This document shows, one piece after another, positions 8,522 through 19,140 of a stretch of 64,000 nt of DNA. The notes under the pieces are model-generated. The model searched no databases, had not been told where the DNA came from, and saw only the letters and a list, made by a program, of their open reading frames with translations. This DNA is from Oligoflexia bacterium. Its GTDB lineage: Bacteria; Bdellovibrionota; UBA1018. The stretch covers positions 9,640 to 73,639 of the forward strand of contig JACMQW010000014.1 of NCBI GenBank assembly GCA_014376785.1, given 5' to 3'. The position numbers were made by a program, and so were the translations under genes. Within the stretch, counting starts at the first letter, position 1; every line of letters begins with the position of its first letter.

Positions 8522-10375
8522 ATGAATCTTCGTCTCATTTCTGCCGTCTTTGTTCTAGCCATGCTTCCGATTTTCGCCCGAGCGGCAGACGTATTGAATG
8601 AAGTCATTTTAGACCCAGTAGTTGCGGCCGGAACCACGGCAGAAGCATTGAAGCACGACCCCGTCATTCCGGCTTACATTGGTAAAACGAAGGGACAGAT
8701 TTCGACGGGCAATATCGCAAAAGAAATCGCAAACGACCTCCCTTTCCACTCAAACGCGAATTTGAAGCCTGGAAACGAAGTAGGGTTTGTCGGCGTCGGA
8801 AAAGGCGCGGAAGAAACCGACGTGAACCTTCTCGGCATTCCTGTGAATCGCCCTCAAGGAGGCGGCGCCGATTTGGCGACCTTCCCTCAGTATTTTTGGA
8901 GCGGATACAGCTACCAAATCGGACCATCGCTTGGGGCATTCGATCCTCGTGGCGTGGGTGGCTCGCTCACGCTGAGGCTCTGGACCCAGGAAAATTTGGG
9001 AACAGAATCTTACCGTGCGACTGCCTACCACTCGACGCGCAGGATTCAGCAGTTTTCGCTGGGAAAATCATCGGAACGCTACGCCATTCTTGCCGGCATG
9101 ACGACCGATGCGGTGACTGGTCCCGGACTTTCTTTCAGCGCAGTCCCCTTCGAAAACGGTGCACTGAAACTCACCACTCACCTGATCTATTCCCAAACGG
9201 ACGTCGACCAATTTCTTTCCGAAAAAAGACCGTCCCAATCCGCGCACCAAACGACCTACCGGTTCATTCCGGTGATTCAGGCCGACGCAAAATTAAGCGA
9301 GCAAACCCGCTTAAAGAGCAGCCTTTTCTACGACTTGGGTTATGTTCGCTACGAAGACCGCCTCCGGCCAGCCGATGACCAAAGAAAAAAAACGACCCAA
9401 ATCGGAAACGAGACCGCCCTAATCACGGGCGACACTCGACTCGGTTTTGGAATTCGCAACGTGACTTATCGTCGTTCGATCTCGAGCCCGATTGGTGATT
9501 TCCCGAGCGAACAAATTTTAAACGTTCAAGCGACCCAAGGCTTTAAAAAAACCACCGAGGAAGGTTTTGTTCTTTTCGAACCGACGGTCGGCGGCTACGC
9601 CGTTTCTCGCCAAGGATTTTTTCCGACCGCGACGCTTGGACTTCGAAACGAGCGAAAAGTCGGAGAAGGAAAATACGGCCAATTCCTCCGGGTCGGTTAC
9701 ACGAAACGCTTTCCGTCTCTTCTGGATCGGTACTATGAGCTGCTCGCTCCCGCCGGCCCCGGATCGTTCATTCAAGGGCTCCCGAATCCTGACCTCCGTC
9801 CAGAAAATGTGAGGTCAGCCGAGTTCGGCGCGGATTACGGAAATGGACGCTATAAAAACCAAATCACTTTTTTCGCGCGCGACTACAAGCACGCGCGCTA
9901 TACCCGCTTCACGTTTGTCAGCCCAAGCCTCAGCACTTTTCAAATCCAGAACGCGGGAAATGCCTATGTCTACGGGGCAACCCAATCACAGGATTTCAAG
10001 GCCCTCCCGATCCTCGATTTCGGCACGCGACTCACCTATCAGCGGTCCCAAATTGAAGATTTGAACGCAGCATTCCCCTACTCTCCGAAGTGGGTGGGAA
10101 TCTTAAAATTCGATCTTCATGACGCAGACGAAAAATACGGACTCGAAATCGTAAACAAACTCGCGTCCGGTTACGTGGCTTACACCGAAACCACGACCGG
10201 AGTTCAGCCGCTTCCCGGCTATTACTACCTCGACCTCTTTGCCCGGGCGGTCGTTGCTCCGGGAGTAAACGTCACCCTCGGAATTGAAAATGCCTTTGAT
10301 CGGCCGATCCAATTCCGAATTGGTGACCCCGACCTCGGTCGAATTTATTCACTCGCCGCTTCTGCGGCGTTTTAA
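8522..10375 (+). CDS. TonB-dependent-receptor-like outer-membrane beta-barrel protein
   Basis: Signal peptide MNLRLISAVFVLAMLPIFARA, a candidate TonB box (EVILDPVVAAG), 617 aa and a C-terminal ...AASAAF ending in Phe. Divergent from the heme operon. Confidence 0.6.
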   Translation: MNLRLISAVFVLAMLPIFARAADVLNEVILDPVVAAGTTAEALKHDPVIPAYIGKTKGQISTGNIAKEIANDLPFHSNANLKPGNEVGFVGVGKGAEETDVNLLGIPVNRPQGGGADLATFPQYFWSGYSYQIGPSLGAFDPRGVGGSLTLRLWTQENLGTESYRATAYHSTRRIQQFSLGKSSERYAILAGMTTDAVTGPGLSFSAVPFENGALKLTTHLIYSQTDVDQFLSEKRPSQSAHQTTYRFIPVIQADAKLSEQTRLKSSLFYDLGYVRYEDRLRPADDQRKKTTQIGNETALITGDTRLGFGIRNVTYRRSISSPIGDFPSEQILNVQATQGFKKTTEEGFVLFEPTVGGYAVSRQGFFPTATLGLRNERKVGEGKYGQFLRVGYTKRFPSLLDRYYELLAPAGPGSFIQGLPNPDLRPENVRSAEFGADYGNGRYKNQITFFARDYKHARYTRFTFVSPSLSTFQIQNAGNAYVYGATQSQDFKALPILDFGTRLTYQRSQIEDLNAAFPYSPKWVGILKFDLHDADEKYGLEIVNKLASGYVAYTETTTGVQPLPGYYYLDLFARAVVAPGVNVTLGIENAFDRPIQFRIGDPDLGRIYSLAASAAF

Positions 10376-10620
10376 CGCTATGTGTTGCGAGAGCAAATCG
10401 GCCTTTTTACTTGCCCTTTCGGAGTCTAAGTCCTAAAAACACTCCACTACTACACACACCCCGACGATTTCGTGGTGCCTTCCGGAACCTCATTTCTCCC
10501 GAAATGAATCCAAAAAGGTGAATCGGGGTGGAGGAAAAAACCGCGGAGACTGGAAGTTAAGAGTTTTCGAACCCGATCGCTCTTTCTCTCTCTTTCCCGC
10601 ATTACCCAGGAGTCAGAACA

Positions 10621-11487
10621 ATGCCCCAAATTACCATGCGCGAATTACTCGAAGCAGGCGTCCACTTCGGTCACCAGACCCGCCGTTGGAACCCTAAAAT
10701 GAAACCTTACGTGTTCGGAGCACGTAACGGAATATACATCATCGACCTCCAAAAGACCGTCGATTCCGCGCGGAAAGCCTGCGATTTCGCGACCAAGATC
10801 TCGTCCGAAGGTAAAAAAATTCTCTTCGTCGGCACGAAGAAACAAGCAAAAGAAGTGATTCAAGAAGAAGCAGTCCGCGCCGGCATGTACCACGTTACCC
10901 ACCGTTGGCTCGGCGGAATGCTGACAAATTACCAAACTGTGAAAGCCTCGATCGACCGTTTGAAGAAATTCGAAACGTTGAAAGACTCCCCAGAGTGGAA
11001 AGAAACTCCGAAAAAAGAACAAGCCAAGATCGACCGCGAACTCAAGAAGTTGAAAGAGTCTCTCGGCGGAATCGAAGACATGAAGAAGCTACCGGGCGCA
11101 CTCTTCGTCATCGACACTGAAAAAGAACACATCGCGATCAAAGAAGCGAAAACCCTCGGAATCCCAGTGATCGCTGTGGTCGATACGAACTGCGATCCTT
11201 CGAACATCGCTCACGTCATTCCAGGAAACGACGACGCGATTCGCTCGGTTCGTCTTTTCTCGAAACTCATCGCTGACTCCTGCTTGGAAGGCGCAAAAGT
11301 ATTCCAAGAGAAACTTCGCGCTCAAGACAAACCGATGGATGACAACGAAGAGAACACCGTGAAGAAAGTGTCGAAATTCGAAGGTGATATCGATCTTCGC
11401 GGCCCAGACGAAGTCGATTTAGAAGCTGCTGTGAACGGTGAGACCGAAGCGACGACTGAAACTCCAGCCGGCACCCCTGCCGTCTGA
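10621..11487 (+). CDS. rpsB: 30S ribosomal protein S2, with an acidic C-terminal extension
   Basis: [19 protein letters not shown] signature. 288 aa. Confidence 0.95.
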   Translation: MPQITMRELLEAGVHFGHQTRRWNPKMKPYVFGARNGIYIIDLQKTVDSARKACDFATKISSEGKKILFVGTKKQAKEVIQEEAVRAGMYHVTHRWLGGMLTNYQTVKASIDRLKKFETLKDSPEWKETPKKEQAKIDRELKKLKESLGGIEDMKKLPGALFVIDTEKEHIAIKEAKTLGIPVIAVVDTNCDPSNIAHVIPGNDDAIRSVRLFSKLIADSCLEGAKVFQEKLRAQDKPMDDNEENTVKKVSKFEGDIDLRGPDEVDLEAAVNGETEATTETPAGTPAV

Positions 11488-11516
11488 TCTTCATCCTTCA
11501 CGACTAAGGAAATAAA

Positions 11517-12413
11517 ATGGAAATTACCGCAAGCTCCGTAAAAGAACTCCGGGAAAAAACCGGCGCGGGAATGATGGACTGTAAGAAAGCTCTCGGCGAA
11601 ACCGCCGGAGATTTCGAAAAAGCCGTCGATTACCTGCGAAAAAAAGGCATGGCATCCGCGGCTAAAAAGGCGGGCCGTGCGACCAAAGAAGGCACCATCC
11701 ACGCTCTCGCGAGCGCCGATGGCAAAGCTTCCGTTCTCCTCGAATTGAACTGTGAAACCGACTTCGTTGCGAAGACGGACCAATTCAAAAATTTCGTGAA
11801 CGAAGTGTCTTCCCAAATCGCCGTTGCGAATCCGAAAGACGTGCCCGAACTTCTGACTCAGAAGTTCTTCACGAACTCGGCCGTCACGATGGACGAAAAA
11901 CTGAAGGAAGCCATTGCTACCCTCGGCGAAAATATGGCCATCACCCGGTTTGCTCGTTTCGCGCTCACGCCCGGAACGGAAACGGTGAGCTACATTCACG
12001 CCGGTGGAAAAGTCGGCGTCCTCGTAGAATTCGCGACGATCAAAGGCAAAGAGCCAGCATTTGCAGAATACGCTCGGAACGTGGCGATGCACATCGCGGC
12101 AGTGATGCCTCAGTATGTGAATCCATCCGAAGTTCCTGCCGAAATGGTCGCAAAGGAAAAAGAAATCGCGATTGCTCAGATGCAAGCATCTGGGAAACCA
12201 GCGAACGTTCTTGAAAAGATCGCGGAAGGCAAAATCAACAAGTTCTATGAAGACACTTGCTTGATCAAGCAGTCCTACGTGAAGGATCCAGGCAAATCGA
12301 TCGACGCTTATACCAGCGAAACATCGAAAACCCTCGGAGCCCCGATCACGATTAACCGGTTCGCGCGTTTCGTCCTCGGCGAAGGCGCTAAAACTGAATC
12401 GGAAGCGAACTGA
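11517..12413 (+). CDS. tsf: Elongation factor Ts
   Basis: ITASSVKELREKTGAGMMDCKKAL N-terminus. 298 aa. Confidence 0.95.
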   Translation: MEITASSVKELREKTGAGMMDCKKALGETAGDFEKAVDYLRKKGMASAAKKAGRATKEGTIHALASADGKASVLLELNCETDFVAKTDQFKNFVNEVSSQIAVANPKDVPELLTQKFFTNSAVTMDEKLKEAIATLGENMAITRFARFALTPGTETVSYIHAGGKVGVLVEFATIKGKEPAFAEYARNVAMHIAAVMPQYVNPSEVPAEMVAKEKEIAIAQMQASGKPANVLEKIAEGKINKFYEDTCLIKQSYVKDPGKSIDAYTSETSKTLGAPITINRFARFVLGEGAKTESEAN

Positions 12414-12419
12414 TTCTGA

Positions 12420-13205
<786 letters not shown>

Positions 13206-13225
13206 ACCCACCGAAAGGAAATCTC

Positions 13226-13783
13226 ATGCCAAAACAAATCGTCGATAAATTCGGAGTAAATGCCGATAAAAGCATCGCTAGTTTGAAAAATGATTTAGCA
13301 AAAGTCCGCACCGGCCGCGCCTCCACAGCCCTCGTAGAACCCGTCCAGGTTGATTATTACGGAACGCCTACTCCACTTACCCAAGTGGCCAACGTCACGA
13401 CGCCCGATGCACGCACGATCCAAATCGCCCCTTGGGAAGGATCGATGCTCGGTGCGATCGAGAAATCGATCCATGCCGCAAACCTCGGTCTGACTCCGCA
13501 GAGCGACGGCAAAGTCGTCCGCATCAGCGTTCCTGCGATGACGGAAGAACGCCGTAAAGAAATGGTGAAGCTCGTGAAGAAAGTCGGAGAAGACGCAAAA
13601 GTCGGCATCCGAAATTCTCGCCGTGAGTCGAATGAAGAAGTGAAGCAGGCAGAAAAAGCGAAGACCGTCACTGAAGATGAATCGAAAAAACTTCAAGAAC
13701 AGATCCAAAAAAAGACGGATGAAAAAGTCGCCGAAGTCGACAAGTTGATTACAGGTAAAGAAAAAGAAATTATGACGATCTAG
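13226..13783 (+). CDS. frr: Ribosome recycling factor
   Basis: 185 aa with conserved Frr sequence throughout (TGRASTALVEPVQVDYYGTPTPL...). Confidence 0.95.
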   Translation: MPKQIVDKFGVNADKSIASLKNDLAKVRTGRASTALVEPVQVDYYGTPTPLTQVANVTTPDARTIQIAPWEGSMLGAIEKSIHAANLGLTPQSDGKVVRISVPAMTEERRKEMVKLVKKVGEDAKVGIRNSRRESNEEVKQAEKAKTVTEDESKKLQEQIQKKTDEKVAEVDKLITGKEKEIMTI

Positions 13784-13820
13784 TTCGCCCTGCGACAGGC
13801 GTTATACCGAAAGTGAAAGA

Positions 13821-13942
13821 GGAGGCGGCATTGGAAGAAAAACTTGGGAAACACTCGACGCGCATCGTGCGCTCGGGGCCCTTTGGGGAGGCTCCTGCCT
13901 TTCCCCACTTGGTTTCCCAACTTTTTCTTCCAATGCCGCCTT
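13821..13942. repeat. Near-perfect 30-bp inverted repeat with a structured spacer of about 59 nt, lying between frr and uppS
   Basis: GGAGGCGGCATTGGAAGAAAAACTTGGGAAAC at 13821-13852 pairs with GTTTCCCAACTTTTTCTTCCAATGCCGCCT at 13912-13942, with two mismatches (internal at 13843/13921, terminal at 13822/13942). The spacer holds smaller GCGCA/TGCGC and GGGG/CCCC inverted repeats. Confidence 0.6.
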
Positions 13943-13985
13943 CTCTGTCGCTACCTCTGCGTAGGCAGTTGGGAAGCACGACCCG

Positions 13986-14750
13986 ATGAAGAACGTGACG
14001 AAGACTCCGGCGCATGTTGCGATCATTATGGATGGAAATGGCCGGTGGGCACAGCGCCGACATCACCCCCGAATCTTCGGACATATCCGCGGTGCATCGC
14101 GCATCCGAGACATCGTGCTGGAAGCGGATCGACTGGGAGTAAAGGCGCTGACACTCTACGCTTTTTCTACGGAAAATTGGGAGCGCCCCGAAGCGGAGAA
14201 ATCGGTCCTTTGGAAATTACTCATCAAGTTTTTGAAGCGGGAAGAAGCGGAGCTTGCGCGAAACGGCGTTCGGCTTCGTATGATTGGAGATATCGATCGG
14301 CTGGACTCGAAAGTTCGAGAAGTGCTTGATCCGGTCGTTTCGCGACTCTCTGAAAATACCGGGCTTCAGCTAACCTTTGCCGTTTCCTATGGAGCGAGGC
14401 AAGAGATCCTCCTTGCTGCCAAGGCCTATGCGCGTGATTGCTTAGAAAAAAGACTCTGTCCGGACAGCTTAAGTGAAGAAGGATTCTCGAAATACCTCGC
14501 AAACGGAGATCTGGGCCCTCTTGCCGATGTCGATCTCGTCATTCGAACTTCGGGCGAATTCCGGATTTCGAATTTTCTGCTGTGGCAATCAGCCTACGCA
14601 GAATACATTTTTCTTGAGAAGTGTTGGCCCGACTTCCTACCCGTTGATTTGCGAAATGCAGTGGAAAGTTATTTGAAACGGGATCGTCGGTTTGGTGGAG
14701 TCACCCTTCCCCCACTGCGATCCGCCCCGAAAGAGGAGACATCCGCGTGA
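13986..14750 (+). CDS. uppS: Undecaprenyl diphosphate synthase
   Basis: HVAIIMDGNGRWA signature. 254 aa. Confidence 0.95.
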   Translation: MKNVTKTPAHVAIIMDGNGRWAQRRHHPRIFGHIRGASRIRDIVLEADRLGVKALTLYAFSTENWERPEAEKSVLWKLLIKFLKREEAELARNGVRLRMIGDIDRLDSKVREVLDPVVSRLSENTGLQLTFAVSYGARQEILLAAKAYARDCLEKRLCPDSLSEEGFSKYLANGDLGPLADVDLVIRTSGEFRISNFLLWQSAYAEYIFLEKCWPDFLPVDLRNAVESYLKRDRRFGGVTLPPLRSAPKEETSA

Positions 14751-15565
14751 CCCCGGAACTGAAAAAAAGAATCCAAACTGCTGTAGTCGGAGTCGCCGTC
14801 CTCGTTCTGCTCCTCGTCTTCGGCGGGGGTATGGGAGCGGTCCTCGTCGCGTCTGTGCTTTCGATTGCGATGCTCTACGAATTCACGAGCATCACCCTTT
14901 CGCTACCCGACCAAAAAGAAAAACGCTTCGTGATCCTAGGATGCGCCTGGCTCCTCCAAGTGCTGGACTTCTGGATGGCCGGCGCTGAATTCTCGCTTCT
15001 TTGTTTTTTCTTTCTCGGAATGACCTCGTACTTCCTTTTCACCGCAGAAAAATACCACGGTGACGATTTGAAGCAGCACTACACAGAGCTAATGTTCACG
15101 ATTTTCGGATTCGTTTATCTCGCGTTCCTTCCGACCTACCTCGTGGCAATAAGATCCACGGCTGCCGGCGTGCACTGGACTCTCCTCTTTCTTCTGATCG
15201 TGTGGGCGAACGACATCGGAGCTTATTTCGCGGGACGGAAGTACGGCAAAAAACGCCTCTATCCTCACATTTCTCCGAAAAAATCTTGGGAAGGGGCTAT
15301 CGGGGGAGCGCTTTCCGCAGTCTTCATGTCGGTTCTGTACAAAGCCGTGTTTTTTCATCCCCTTTCTTGGTCTGGCGCGATCATCATCGCCGTGATTCTC
15401 AGCATCGTTGCTCCCGTCGGAGATTTGGCGGAGAGCTTTCTGAAACGTGCGTTTGATAAGAAGGACTCCAGCTCCATTTTACCGGGACATGGTGGATTTT
15501 TAGACCGTTTCGATAGCGTCGTCTTCGCATTGCCGGTGATGTACGCCATGACGCGTATCTTCTAA
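14747..15565 (+). CDS. cdsA: Phosphatidate cytidylyltransferase
   Basis: 272 aa multi-TM protein with a CTP_transf_1 C-terminal pattern (GHGGFLDRFDS). GTG start overlapping the uppS stop (GTGA). Confidence 0.85.
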   Translation: MTPELKKRIQTAVVGVAVLVLLLVFGGGMGAVLVASVLSIAMLYEFTSITLSLPDQKEKRFVILGCAWLLQVLDFWMAGAEFSLLCFFFLGMTSYFLFTAEKYHGDDLKQHYTELMFTIFGFVYLAFLPTYLVAIRSTAAGVHWTLLFLLIVWANDIGAYFAGRKYGKKRLYPHISPKKSWEGAIGGALSAVFMSVLYKAVFFHPLSWSGAIIIAVILSIVAPVGDLAESFLKRAFDKKDSSSILPGHGGFLDRFDSVVFALPVMYAMTRIF

Positions 15566-15651
15566 CTTTCGCGGTCTTTTTCTCGCTATCGCACCGATTT
15601 CAGTGCGAAAATAAGACAGTCGCGTAAACCGTTTTTTCGAAGGAGCTGCCC

Positions 15652-17298
15652 GTGCTTTCCATTTTGGGATTTCTCATCATGCTTGCCCCCCTCGTGATCG
15701 TTCACGAGCTTGGACACTTTCTCTTCGCTAAATTGTTTAACGTGAAGGCAGAGGCGTTTTCGATTGGATTTGGTCCGCGCGTTTGGCGGCGGCAGATCGG
15801 CGAAACCGAATGGCGCTTGTCGCTCATCCCACTCGGTGGCTATGTGAAACTTCTGGGAGAAGATCCAGAAGCTCCCCTCTCGGCCGAAGATAAACCTCGG
15901 GCCCTCCAGTATCAGGCACGCTGGAAACGCTTCTTCATTTTCTTCGGTGGTCCTCTCTTTAATTTTCTTTGGGCAATCCTCGTTTACATGACGATCCTTG
16001 CCGTCGGCGAACCGCAGATGGCCTCTTACGTCGGACGCGTCGTTCCTTCTACTCAAGCTGAGAAAGCCGGTTTTCTTTCCGGGGACTTCATTCAGTCCGT
16101 GAACGGAGAACCGGTGCGTAAATTCGAAGAAGTGAATGCCGCGGTCGATAAGAACCCTGAAAAAGAAATGACGTTCGTCGTAAACCGCAAAGATTTGCGC
16201 TCGGGTGCCGTGAAAACCGTCGACGTGAAAGTCACTCCTCACAAAGCAGATGGTTTTAGTGTCTACGGAGAACAAACCCACGTCGGCGAAATCGACGGAT
16301 TTATTCCGACCGCGAGAGCGGGAACGGTTGGAATTTCTAACTTGGACAGCCTGGCCGGAAAAAGTGGACTTCGGACCGGTGACCTCATCACTCAGTTTGC
16401 GGATGTGCCGGTGAAGTCATGGGAAGAAATCGAAGCCGTTTATACTGCCATTCCAGTGGGGACGTCCTTTAGCATCGGGGCGAAAGCGAAAACAAAAACT
16501 GATGGTCCGCTGACTACCACTTGGACGAAACCGGCGAAATCGGTTTCGCTTGGAGAAGATTTCGGAGCTTGGTCCTCGGAAGTCTTTATCGAAAAAGCGG
16601 TCGAAAAATCTCCAGCGAAAGAGGCAGGCATTCGAACGGGCGATCGCATCATGACGATCGACGGCTCGAACATCACTCACTTTTTTGCTTTGAAAGAAGC
16701 GGTCCAAAAAGGCGGAGAAAAGAACGGAAAAATTAAAGTCGCTTGGGAGCGCGAAGGAAAACGCATCGAAGAAACCATCTCGCCGACGGCGACCGTGAGT
16801 CGAGATGCTCTTTTAAATAAAGTCACCCAATACACCATCGGCGTGATCCCAAGCATTGTCTGGGCGGAGCCGGTTACGATCGTCGAACGGATTTTGAATC
16901 CTTTCACCCTCATCTACCGTGGTACTGAACGCATGATCATTTTCTCCTACCGAAACTTCGTTTCGATCAAGAAAATGTTCACGGGAGATGTGTCGGTGGC
17001 CACGTTGGGCGGACCGATTTTGATTGGGCAAATAGCCGGCGATTCCCTTTCACGCGGACTCGTTGCTTTTCTCTCGACGATGGCCATTCTCTCGATCGGC
17101 CTCGGCGTGCTGAATATTCTGCCGGTGCCCGTGTTAGATGGCGGCCATATTCTTCTGCTGCTCATCGAAGCGGTAAGAGGGAAACCCCTGTCTATGAAGC
17201 AAATGGAAGCCGTCCAGATGTTTGGACTTTCGATGATCGGGATCTTGATGCTCGTGGTTTTGAAAAACGATCTGACGCGTTTACCTTTTTTCAATTAA
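15652..17298 (+). CDS. rseP: RIP zinc metalloprotease (site-2 protease) with PDZ domains
   Basis: HELGHFLFAKLF (HExxH) at the N-terminus, central PDZ-like regions, a C-terminal TM with the LDGGH motif. 548 aa, with a GTG start. Confidence 0.9.
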   Translation: MLSILGFLIMLAPLVIVHELGHFLFAKLFNVKAEAFSIGFGPRVWRRQIGETEWRLSLIPLGGYVKLLGEDPEAPLSAEDKPRALQYQARWKRFFIFFGGPLFNFLWAILVYMTILAVGEPQMASYVGRVVPSTQAEKAGFLSGDFIQSVNGEPVRKFEEVNAAVDKNPEKEMTFVVNRKDLRSGAVKTVDVKVTPHKADGFSVYGEQTHVGEIDGFIPTARAGTVGISNLDSLAGKSGLRTGDLITQFADVPVKSWEEIEAVYTAIPVGTSFSIGAKAKTKTDGPLTTTWTKPAKSVSLGEDFGAWSSEVFIEKAVEKSPAKEAGIRTGDRIMTIDGSNITHFFALKEAVQKGGEKNGKIKVAWEREGKRIEETISPTATVSRDALLNKVTQYTIGVIPSIVWAEPVTIVERILNPFTLIYRGTERMIIFSYRNFVSIKKMFTGDVSVATLGGPILIGQIAGDSLSRGLVAFLSTMAILSIGLGVLNILPVPVLDGGHILLLLIEAVRGKPLSMKQMEAVQMFGLSMIGILMLVVLKNDLTRLPFFN

Positions 17299-18177
17299 AT
17301 GAAGAAGTTACTCGCCTGGGACACGTCTTCTAAAGTCGGTGCGCTCGTCGCTATCGAGTGGGGTGATACGCCCTCGGCACAGAACGTCGCGACACCCTAT
17401 CGATTAGTCAGTGAATGGACGCTGAACGTGGACGCTGCTCAGCATTCCGAACGTCTACTCTGGGGCGTCCACCAAATGCTGGAAGCCTGCGCCTGGAAAC
17501 TTTCCGACGTGGACTTTTTCGGAGTCGGAACGGGACCCGGTAGTTTCACCGGACTTCGAATCGGAGTGACCACCGCACGAACCCTTGCTTTGACACTTGG
17601 GAAACCTTTGGTCGGTGTCTCTTCGCTCGCAGCGCTCGCCCGCCCTGTAGGCATCCATTATGCGGGCCATCCGGAACGCGTGATCGTGGTCGCAACGACG
17701 GACGCTGCGAAAGGAGAACTCTTTACCCTTATTGGGGCCGCGCGCTCTCTCGTAGATTGCGTCGCGAAATCGGATGGTGATTTCCCGGGAATTTGGAAGC
17801 GTGGAGTAGAAGAACAAGTTCTGGAACCTGATGCGATCGTGAAAAGCGTGAAGAAAAAACTTTCCGAAGGAAGCGGGCGTGAAAAGGCTTCTTACGTCCG
17901 AGTGGGTGAAGGACGAACCCGCTACGATGCCGTCTGGAAAACGTTGCCCACCGATCGAGAGCTCGAGTGCGGAATTCCTTTCATCGACCACGTCCAGGGC
18001 AGATTTCTCGGACAACTCTGCTATGAAGCCATCCAAGCTGGACTCGCTCGGTCTCCCCTCGATGTGCATCCCCGCTACCTTCGCGTGGCAGACGCGGAGA
18101 AAAAATTACTGGCGGGCCTTCTGAAGCCATCACCGATGCAGTCCCCCCTCGCCAAGAAAGACGATGACAGCAAGTGA
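17299..18177 (+). CDS. tsaB: tRNA threonylcarbamoyladenosine biosynthesis protein TsaB (YeaZ-like) with a C-terminal extension
   Basis: N-terminal LAWDTSSKVGALVA plus the FGVGTGPGSFTGLRIGVTTAR motif of the inactive Kae1/YeaZ fold. 292 aa. The ATG directly abuts the rseP stop. Confidence 0.7.
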   Translation: MKKLLAWDTSSKVGALVAIEWGDTPSAQNVATPYRLVSEWTLNVDAAQHSERLLWGVHQMLEACAWKLSDVDFFGVGTGPGSFTGLRIGVTTARTLALTLGKPLVGVSSLAALARPVGIHYAGHPERVIVVATTDAAKGELFTLIGAARSLVDCVAKSDGDFPGIWKRGVEEQVLEPDAIVKSVKKKLSEGSGREKASYVRVGEGRTRYDAVWKTLPTDRELECGIPFIDHVQGRFLGQLCYEAIQAGLARSPLDVHPRYLRVADAEKKLLAGLLKPSPMQSPLAKKDDDSK

Positions 18178-19115
18178 GCCTTTCTTCCGTCCCGACTTCG
18201 ACCCTCGGACCGCTGAGCGCATTTTTCGCATCCGTCACCTGGGCTGTGGGATCGGCCACTTATTCGAAGCTTTCGCGAAACAACCGTCCGTTTGATGTGA
18301 ATTTCACGCGTGCGGCGCTTGCACTCCCTTGCTTCCTCATTGCTGCGTTGGTTTTTAATGGAGGATGGAATGCGACGGTTAACGCGTTCGAGAGCATTTC
18401 ATCTACTAAACTCGGATGGCTAACCCTTTCGGTATTCGCAAGTTTCGCGCTCGGCGATTTATTTTTCTTATGGAGCACGCTTTCACTCGGAGTACCCGGT
18501 GCGCTCGCGGTTGCCTCGGGTTACCCGGTGCTGATGACCTTGGCGGGAGTGTTATTTGAGGGAGAAGCTCTCACTCTCGCTTCCGCGACCGGGGTAGCAT
18601 TGGTCGTGATCGGGATCGTGCTCATCGTGTTAAACGATCCGAAAGGGACTCCACCTCCAGGAATCGAAGCAAAATCTCACCCTCTGCTCAAGAAAAAATC
18701 AGTGGGAATTTTTTGTGCCGTCTTCACAATGTTTGCATGGGCACTGAATGGGTACGCAGTCTCCAGAGGGGGCGCAGGCATCGATCCTTTTGTGGGCAAT
18801 GCCATTCGAATGAGCACATCGCTCATTGTGATTTCTATTCTCTCGCTCAGTTTCACACGGACCCGTGCTACCCTCCTGCCGAAGAACATTTTAGCTGCGA
18901 ACGCGCCGGTGATTTTATTTGAATCGTTCATCGGTTCTGCTCTCTACGTTTATGGACTTTCTCGGTCGAGCATCGTGCTGGGCGGAACACTTTCGTCACT
19001 TGCGCCGATGCTTTCAGTTCCGATTGCGGTTGCGTTGAAACTCGAACGATTCTCATGGGTTCGGTCGATCGCGGTCGTGATCGTCGTAGCCGGACTCTCC
19101 TTGCTTTTTCGCTAA
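18174..19115 (+). CDS. DMT-superfamily (EamA-like) permease
   Basis: 313 aa with about 10 predicted TM helices in two EamA-like halves. Confidence 0.6.
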   Translation: MSLSSVPTSTLGPLSAFFASVTWAVGSATYSKLSRNNRPFDVNFTRAALALPCFLIAALVFNGGWNATVNAFESISSTKLGWLTLSVFASFALGDLFFLWSTLSLGVPGALAVASGYPVLMTLAGVLFEGEALTLASATGVALVVIGIVLIVLNDPKGTPPPGIEAKSHPLLKKKSVGIFCAVFTMFAWALNGYAVSRGGAGIDPFVGNAIRMSTSLIVISILSLSFTRTRATLLPKNILAANAPVILFESFIGSALYVYGLSRSSIVLGGTLSSLAPMLSVPIAVALKLERFSWVRSIAVVIVVAGLSLLFR

Positions 19116-19140
19116 TTCTGCGGAAAACTCGCGCTGAAAC

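Noticed and set aside
11322-12185. 287-aa ORF antisense to tsf and the rpsB end
   Set aside because: Opposite strand of highly conserved EF-Ts coding sequence. Low-complexity Phe/Arg/His-rich translation. No ribosome-binding site.
13295-13708. 137-aa and 104-aa ORFs antisense to frr
   Set aside because: Shadow ORFs inside the conserved ribosome recycling factor gene.
15586-16281. 231-aa ORF antisense to the rseP 5' region
   Set aside because: Antisense to a conserved metalloprotease gene. No motif support.
17455-18069. 204-aa ORF antisense to tsaB
   Set aside because: Shadow ORF inside a conserved gene.
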